A DNA stretch of 32,000 nt, taken from contig JAMWCX010000002.1 of the NCBI GenBank assembly GCA_023818895.1, positions 120,001-152,000 on the forward strand, given 5' to 3'. The notes under the pieces were generated by a model, which did not search any database, was not told the DNA's origin, and saw only the letters and a program-made list of their open reading frames with translations. The DNA is from Candidatus Omnitrophota bacterium. Lineage in GTDB: Bacteria > Omnitrophota > Gorgyraeia > 2-01-FULL-45-10. The position numbers and the translations under genes were made by a program. Below, piece by piece: positions 26,212-32,000 of the stretch (positions are counted from its first letter, which is position 1; every line of letters starts with the position of its first letter).

Positions 26212-26337
26212 CTATTTAAACCACCTTTTAAATGTTTTCGCCTTCCGCACCTTCAGCCTGTCCGGATAGACCTCTTTCTTCTCCCTGAGAAGCCGCGATA
26301 CATCCTTCTGCCTTCTGGTTATCACCTGCTTCGCCAT
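26212..26337 (-). CDS. hypothetical 41-aa highly basic protein (no family recognised)
   Basis: ATG 26337 lies 1 nt after the xerD TAA stop, with a GAGGG SD 6 nt upstream. Translation: MAKQVITRRQKDVSRLLREKKEVYPDRLKVRKAKTFKRWFK, with 16 K/R against 4 D/E. This is the only non-overlapping part of the 91-aa track ORF 26212..26487. Coding status is unproven. Confidence 0.4.
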   Translation of the reverse strand: MAKQVITRRQKDVSRLLREKKEVYPDRLKVRKAKTFKRWFK

Positions 26338-26338
26338 C

Positions 26339-27229
26339 TTAAGCCCTCGGATGGAATTGCTTATGTATGGATTTGAGCCTTTCTTTGTTGATGTGAGTAT
26401 AGACTTGGGTGGTCGAGATGTCGGCGTGCCCAAGCATCTCCTGCACAACCCTGAGATCCGCGCCTCGCTCAAGAAGGTGCGTAGCAAAACTGTGACGCAA
26501 CGTATGCGGCGTTATATCCTTTTTGATACGGGCGAGTTTCGCGTTCTTTTTTATCATTTTCCAGAAAGACACCCGCGAAACCTTCCTGCCAAGCCTCGAA
26601 AGAAATATATGTGGATCGTTTCTTTCTTTTTTCAAAAGCTTCGGTCTTACTTTTTCTATATAGCGCTCAAGCGCCTCCTTGGCCTTCTTGCCGATAGGGA
26701 CTATCCGTTCCTTGTCGCCTTTTCCCTTGCATTTTATAAAACCGACGTCGAGATTAAGCCCGTCCATGGTCAGATCCACAAGTTCGGAAACTCTCATCCC
26801 TGTAGCATACATAAGCTCCAGGGCCGCCTTATCACGTATACCCATCCAGTCCCTTAAATCCGGCGCGGACAGGAGCTTTTCCACTTCAGCCGGACCAAGA
26901 ACGTTAGGCAGCGGTCTTATCAGCTTTGGCGACTCCAAGACACCGGCCACGTCATCCCTTACAAGCCGTTCCTGAACGAGAAATCGATAAAACATCTTTA
27001 TCGCGACTAGCGCCCTTGAGATGGAATTGGAGGATATGCCCTTATCCTTAAGGCCAAGCATATAAGAAGTTATATCCTGCCGGCTGATATTGTCTATATC
27101 ATCTTTGCCTTTTGACGCCAGGTACTCGGCGAAATGGGATAGGTCCGTCCCGTAAGAGGATATGGTATTCTTGCTGAGGCCCCTTTCTATAGAAAGATAG
27201 TTCAGAAACTCATCTATAAGCGCTTTCAT
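26339..27229 (-). CDS. xerD: site-specific tyrosine recombinase XerD
   Basis: 296 aa. N-terminal SAM-like domain (FLNYLSIERGLSKNTISSYGTDL). Catalytic motifs ATGMRVSEL, GKGDKERIVPIG, HTLRHSFATHLLERGADLRVVQEMLGHADISTTQVYTHI. The RVSFWKMIKK segment resembles XerD more than XerC. Confidence 0.88.
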   Translation of the reverse strand: MKALIDEFLNYLSIERGLSKNTISSYGTDLSHFAEYLASKGKDDIDNISRQDITSYMLGLKDKGISSNSISRALVAIKMFYRFLVQERLVRDDVAGVLESPKLIRPLPNVLGPAEVEKLLSAPDLRDWMGIRDKAALELMYATGMRVSELVDLTMDGLNLDVGFIKCKGKGDKERIVPIGKKAKEALERYIEKVRPKLLKKERNDPHIFLSRLGRKVSRVSFWKMIKKNAKLARIKKDITPHTLRHSFATHLLERGADLRVVQEMLGHADISTTQVYTHINKERLKSIHKQFHPRA

Positions 27230-27834
27230 ATCAAAAATGGGTTTGAGTTTTTCTCCTTTCCTATAGTCGATGGCTCACCGTGGCCGGGATATATCACAGT
27301 ATCATCACTCAACGTTAAAAGCCTGGCATTTATAGACTTTATCAGAAGAGATTCGTCACCATAATCAAAATCCGTCCTGCCTATAGAGCCGGCAAAAAGG
27401 GCATCGCCTGTGAAGACCACGTCGTCTACCTTTAATGATATAGAACCGGGCGTGTGGCCGGGGGTATGGATTACCTCAAATTCAATATTTCCAAGCCCGA
27501 TCCTTTCACCGTCTTCCAGAAGTCTTGAGGCCTTTGGGGATTTTATACCAAAGAAGAACATCCTGGAAAGGTTCTTGTCCGGATTATCGAGAAAGTCGCT
27601 GTCGAGACGGTGTATATATATAGGGATACCGAAAGCGCCATTCGCCGCTATATGGTCGCCATGGCCATGGGTGTTTATTATGAATTTCGCTTTCAGGCCA
27701 TCCTTACGCAGTACTTCTTTTATGCGGCTTGGGTCAGAACCCGGATCTATCAGGCAGGTCTCGCCCGTCGCTTGGTCAGAAACGATATAGCAGTTTGTCG
27801 CGAGCGGCCCTACTACAAGCGTCTTGACCACCAC
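27226..27834 (-). CDS. MBL-fold metallo-hydrolase (glyoxalase II-like)
   Basis: HTHGHGDH zinc motif, N-terminus KTLVVGPLATNCYIV and HTPGHTPGS. The ORF-track ATG at 27876 would overlap the upstream lipoprotein gene by 41 nt. GTG 27834 or 27831 follows the lipoprotein stop directly with a GAGGAAGGA SD, and matches the usual N-terminus. The start remains uncertain. Confidence 0.85.
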   Translation of the reverse strand: MVVKTLVVGPLATNCYIVSDQATGETCLIDPGSDPSRIKEVLRKDGLKAKFIINTHGHGDHIAANGAFGIPIYIHRLDSDFLDNPDKNLSRMFFFGIKSPKASRLLEDGERIGLGNIEFEVIHTPGHTPGSISLKVDDVVFTGDALFAGSIGRTDFDYGDESLLIKSINARLLTLSDDTVIYPGHGEPSTIGKEKNSNPFLI

Positions 27835-27835
27835 C

Positions 27836-28360
27836 TTATTTTCCTTCCTCGACCTCGGCAGCCGGTTCTTCATCAAAACTCTTCTTCAGATAATTTTTTA
27901 TCTTGCTAACCGAAAAATCCTTTTTTATGAGACGATCTTGCTTTTCAAGCTCCGTCAAGACCGGCCCCCTGTTATACCTGTCTATCTGTTGATGGTAGAT
28001 TGTATCACGAATCTGTCGCAACCTTGCGATATGCTTGCCGAGCTCATCGGCCTTTTCCTTAACGAGCATATTCTGCATATCTCCCAACTGCATCAGTATC
28101 TCATCCATGCATCTTCTGTCTTTCTTGGCATTTTCACCCAAACTCTGTATTATCTCTGACTGCCATGATTGCCAATACGCGAAATGTTTGCTGTAGAGCT
28201 CCGGCGACGGCGTCTTCTCGTATTTTTTTACCTGATATATCCTCGGCATCTTAGTCGTCTTGGGCTTGCGCGTAAATTTTCTCTGGACCGCATCGCAACC
28301 AGTCATGCCAACCACCAAAGCAAAAGCTACCAATAAACACGCTATTTTCTTCATAACCAT
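27836..28360 (-). CDS. hypothetical lipoprotein (no family recognised)
   Basis: The ORF-track start at 28420 is a TTG inside ligA. ATG 28360, or 28354, has a GGGAG SD and gives MVMKKIACLLVAFALVVGMTGC, a signal peptide with a lipobox-like Cys. The mature part is charged, predicted helical (..MDEILMQLGDMQNMLVKEKADELGKHIARLRQIRD..), and ends in an acidic tail. Confidence 0.65.
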   Translation of the reverse strand: MVMKKIACLLVAFALVVGMTGCDAVQRKFTRKPKTTKMPRIYQVKKYEKTPSPELYSKHFAYWQSWQSEIIQSLGENAKKDRRCMDEILMQLGDMQNMLVKEKADELGKHIARLRQIRDTIYHQQIDRYNRGPVLTELEKQDRLIKKDFSVSKIKNYLKKSFDEEPAAEVEEGK

Positions 28361-28385
28361 CTCTTTTTCTCCCGCGTTACCACCG

Positions 28386-31132
<2,747 letters not shown>

Positions 31133-31138
31133 GATATA

Positions 31139-31441
31139 TCAGTCCACCCTTATATCGAAGCCGCTAAAATCCCCTGACGCCTCACTCCATTCGATATCGA
31201 CATTTCTGATATAAGCCTTGAATATCGAGCCCAGTTTTTCGAGAAAATCCTTAAGCACCTCTTCCTTACCCTCGCACAGGATCTCGACCCGGCCGTCCTT
31301 GAGATTTTTGACCCAGCCGTCTATTCCCAGCGATCCGGCTATCCTCTCAGCCGTAAACCTGAAACCGACGCCTTGTACCCATCCCGAATAATACGCGTGG
31401 AGCCTTTTATTCATACCTGTCTTCTTCATAGCCATCAACAT
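31139..31441 (-). CDS. acyP: acylphosphatase
   Basis: The HAYYSGWVQGVGFRFT and GWVKNLKDGRVEILCEG motifs are the acylphosphatase signatures. Four in-frame ATGs are possible starts (31441, 31435, 31429, 31414). ATG 31414 would give the usual ~91 aa length. Confidence 0.88.
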   Translation of the reverse strand: MLMAMKKTGMNKRLHAYYSGWVQGVGFRFTAERIAGSLGIDGWVKNLKDGRVEILCEGKEEVLKDFLEKLGSIFKAYIRNVDIEWSEASGDFSGFDIRVD

Positions 31442-31456
31442 CCTTGAAGGAAAAAT

Positions 31457-31981
31457 TTACTTCAGCCCTGTCACGCCTTCCTGCGCCAGCAACTCTATAA
31501 AATTATTGGGAACCCTAAAACCCATCTCCTTAAGGCGCCTGACACAATACGCCGCTTTGTCAAAACGCTTCTGTTCATAATAATAGATAGCCAAGTTTTT
31601 ATAAGCGTGCACATTTGCCGGATTGATCGACACAGCTTTGTTCCACATATTTTCAGCCTCTTTTAATCTTCCGGTCTTGTAATAAATAACGCCCAGCTCA
31701 AGATGTGCGATGTCGTAGCCAGGATATGCCGCTATTGTCTTCTTCATCTGTCTTTCGGCTTCAGAAATCATGCCTTTGGAGTAGTAAATAGCACCTAGAC
31801 CGTATATAGCCCCTGGTTCCAACGGATCGAGCTGGAGGCATTTTCTGTATTCTGACTCTGCCTCCTCGCCCATGCCGTCGTCAGCATACGCGATAGCAAG
31901 CGCCAGATGCGCAAACGAGGAGCGAGGAGAGGTGCGGACAGCATTACGCCAAAAAGCAAACTTATCAGCAAAGTTATCCAT
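31457..31981 (-). CDS. tetratricopeptide repeat (TPR) protein
   Basis: 174 aa with repeated A..Y..A/G...G....A patterns (AIAYADDGMGEEAESEYRKCLQLDP, GAIYYSKGMISEAERQMKKTIAAYP, GVIYYKTGRLKEAENMWNKAVSINP, AIYYYEQKRFDKAAYCVRR). Confidence 0.8.
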   Translation of the reverse strand: MDNFADKFAFWRNAVRTSPRSSFAHLALAIAYADDGMGEEAESEYRKCLQLDPLEPGAIYGLGAIYYSKGMISEAERQMKKTIAAYPGYDIAHLELGVIYYKTGRLKEAENMWNKAVSINPANVHAYKNLAIYYYEQKRFDKAAYCVRRLKEMGFRVPNNFIELLAQEGVTGLK

Positions 31982-32000
31982 ATGCCTGAAGGTAAGAAAA

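Noticed and set aside
26338-26487. Upstream part of the 91-aa ORF 26212..26487
   Set aside because: It overlaps the conserved XerD C-terminal catalytic region out of frame. Only the last 41 codons after the xerD stop are free-standing, and those are treated separately as a candidate small ORF.
26339-27229. Tyrosine recombinase as a possible marker of a prophage, integron or genomic island
   Set aside because: The sequence matches housekeeping XerD in its motifs and length. It is translationally coupled to flanking housekeeping genes. There are no flanking direct repeats, att-like sites, tRNA gene or phage or cargo genes.

Overview
This window is a densely packed core housekeeping segment of a bacterial chromosome. 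It contains no rRNA or tRNA genes, so I cannot assign a lineage. I call 34 protein-coding genes, 33 of them on the minus strand. Many are translationally coupled: seven junctions are 4-nt ATGA/GTGA stop-start overlaps.

Gene content, read along the minus strand from high to low coordinates:
- TPR protein, acylphosphatase, metallophosphoesterase, ligA, an orphan lipoprotein, an MBL-fold hydrolase, xerD and a 41-aa very basic ORF
- an 880-aa DHH/DHHA1-CBS-class II nucleotidyltransferase fusion
- DUF503, rbfA, nrnA-like, truB, ribF
- rimP, nusA, infB
- trpS, scpA, scpB
- an aromatic amino-acid block: pheA, hisC, aroF, tyrA
- cmk, plsC, ispH, rpsA
- the only plus-strand gene, a DUF2148 Cys-motif protein
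- rpsO, pnp, dut, uppP
- the 5' end of ftsK, which runs off the window edge and is missing from the ORF track

I found no CRISPR array, mobile element, defence-type gene or obvious horizontally acquired island. I found no convincing evidence for a novel multi-gene system. This looks like an ordinary core region.

The leads worth a second look are modest:
- a promoter, a 2-codon mini-ORF and an intrinsic terminator packed into the 100-nt rimP-nusA-infB leader
- a terminator-like hairpin pair in the rpsO-pnp leader
- two terminators built from the same CGCAAAA/TTTTGCG repeat arms
- a circularly permuted nusA-infB superoperon
- the DHH-CBS-nucleotidyltransferase fusion lying next to a second DHH paralog
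- an unannotated 41-aa basic ORF coupled to xerD, followed by a 28-nt palindrome
- an orphan lipoprotein

Several ORF-track starts are TTG or GTG codons that I moved downstream on the basis of SD sequences, overlaps and terminator positions.
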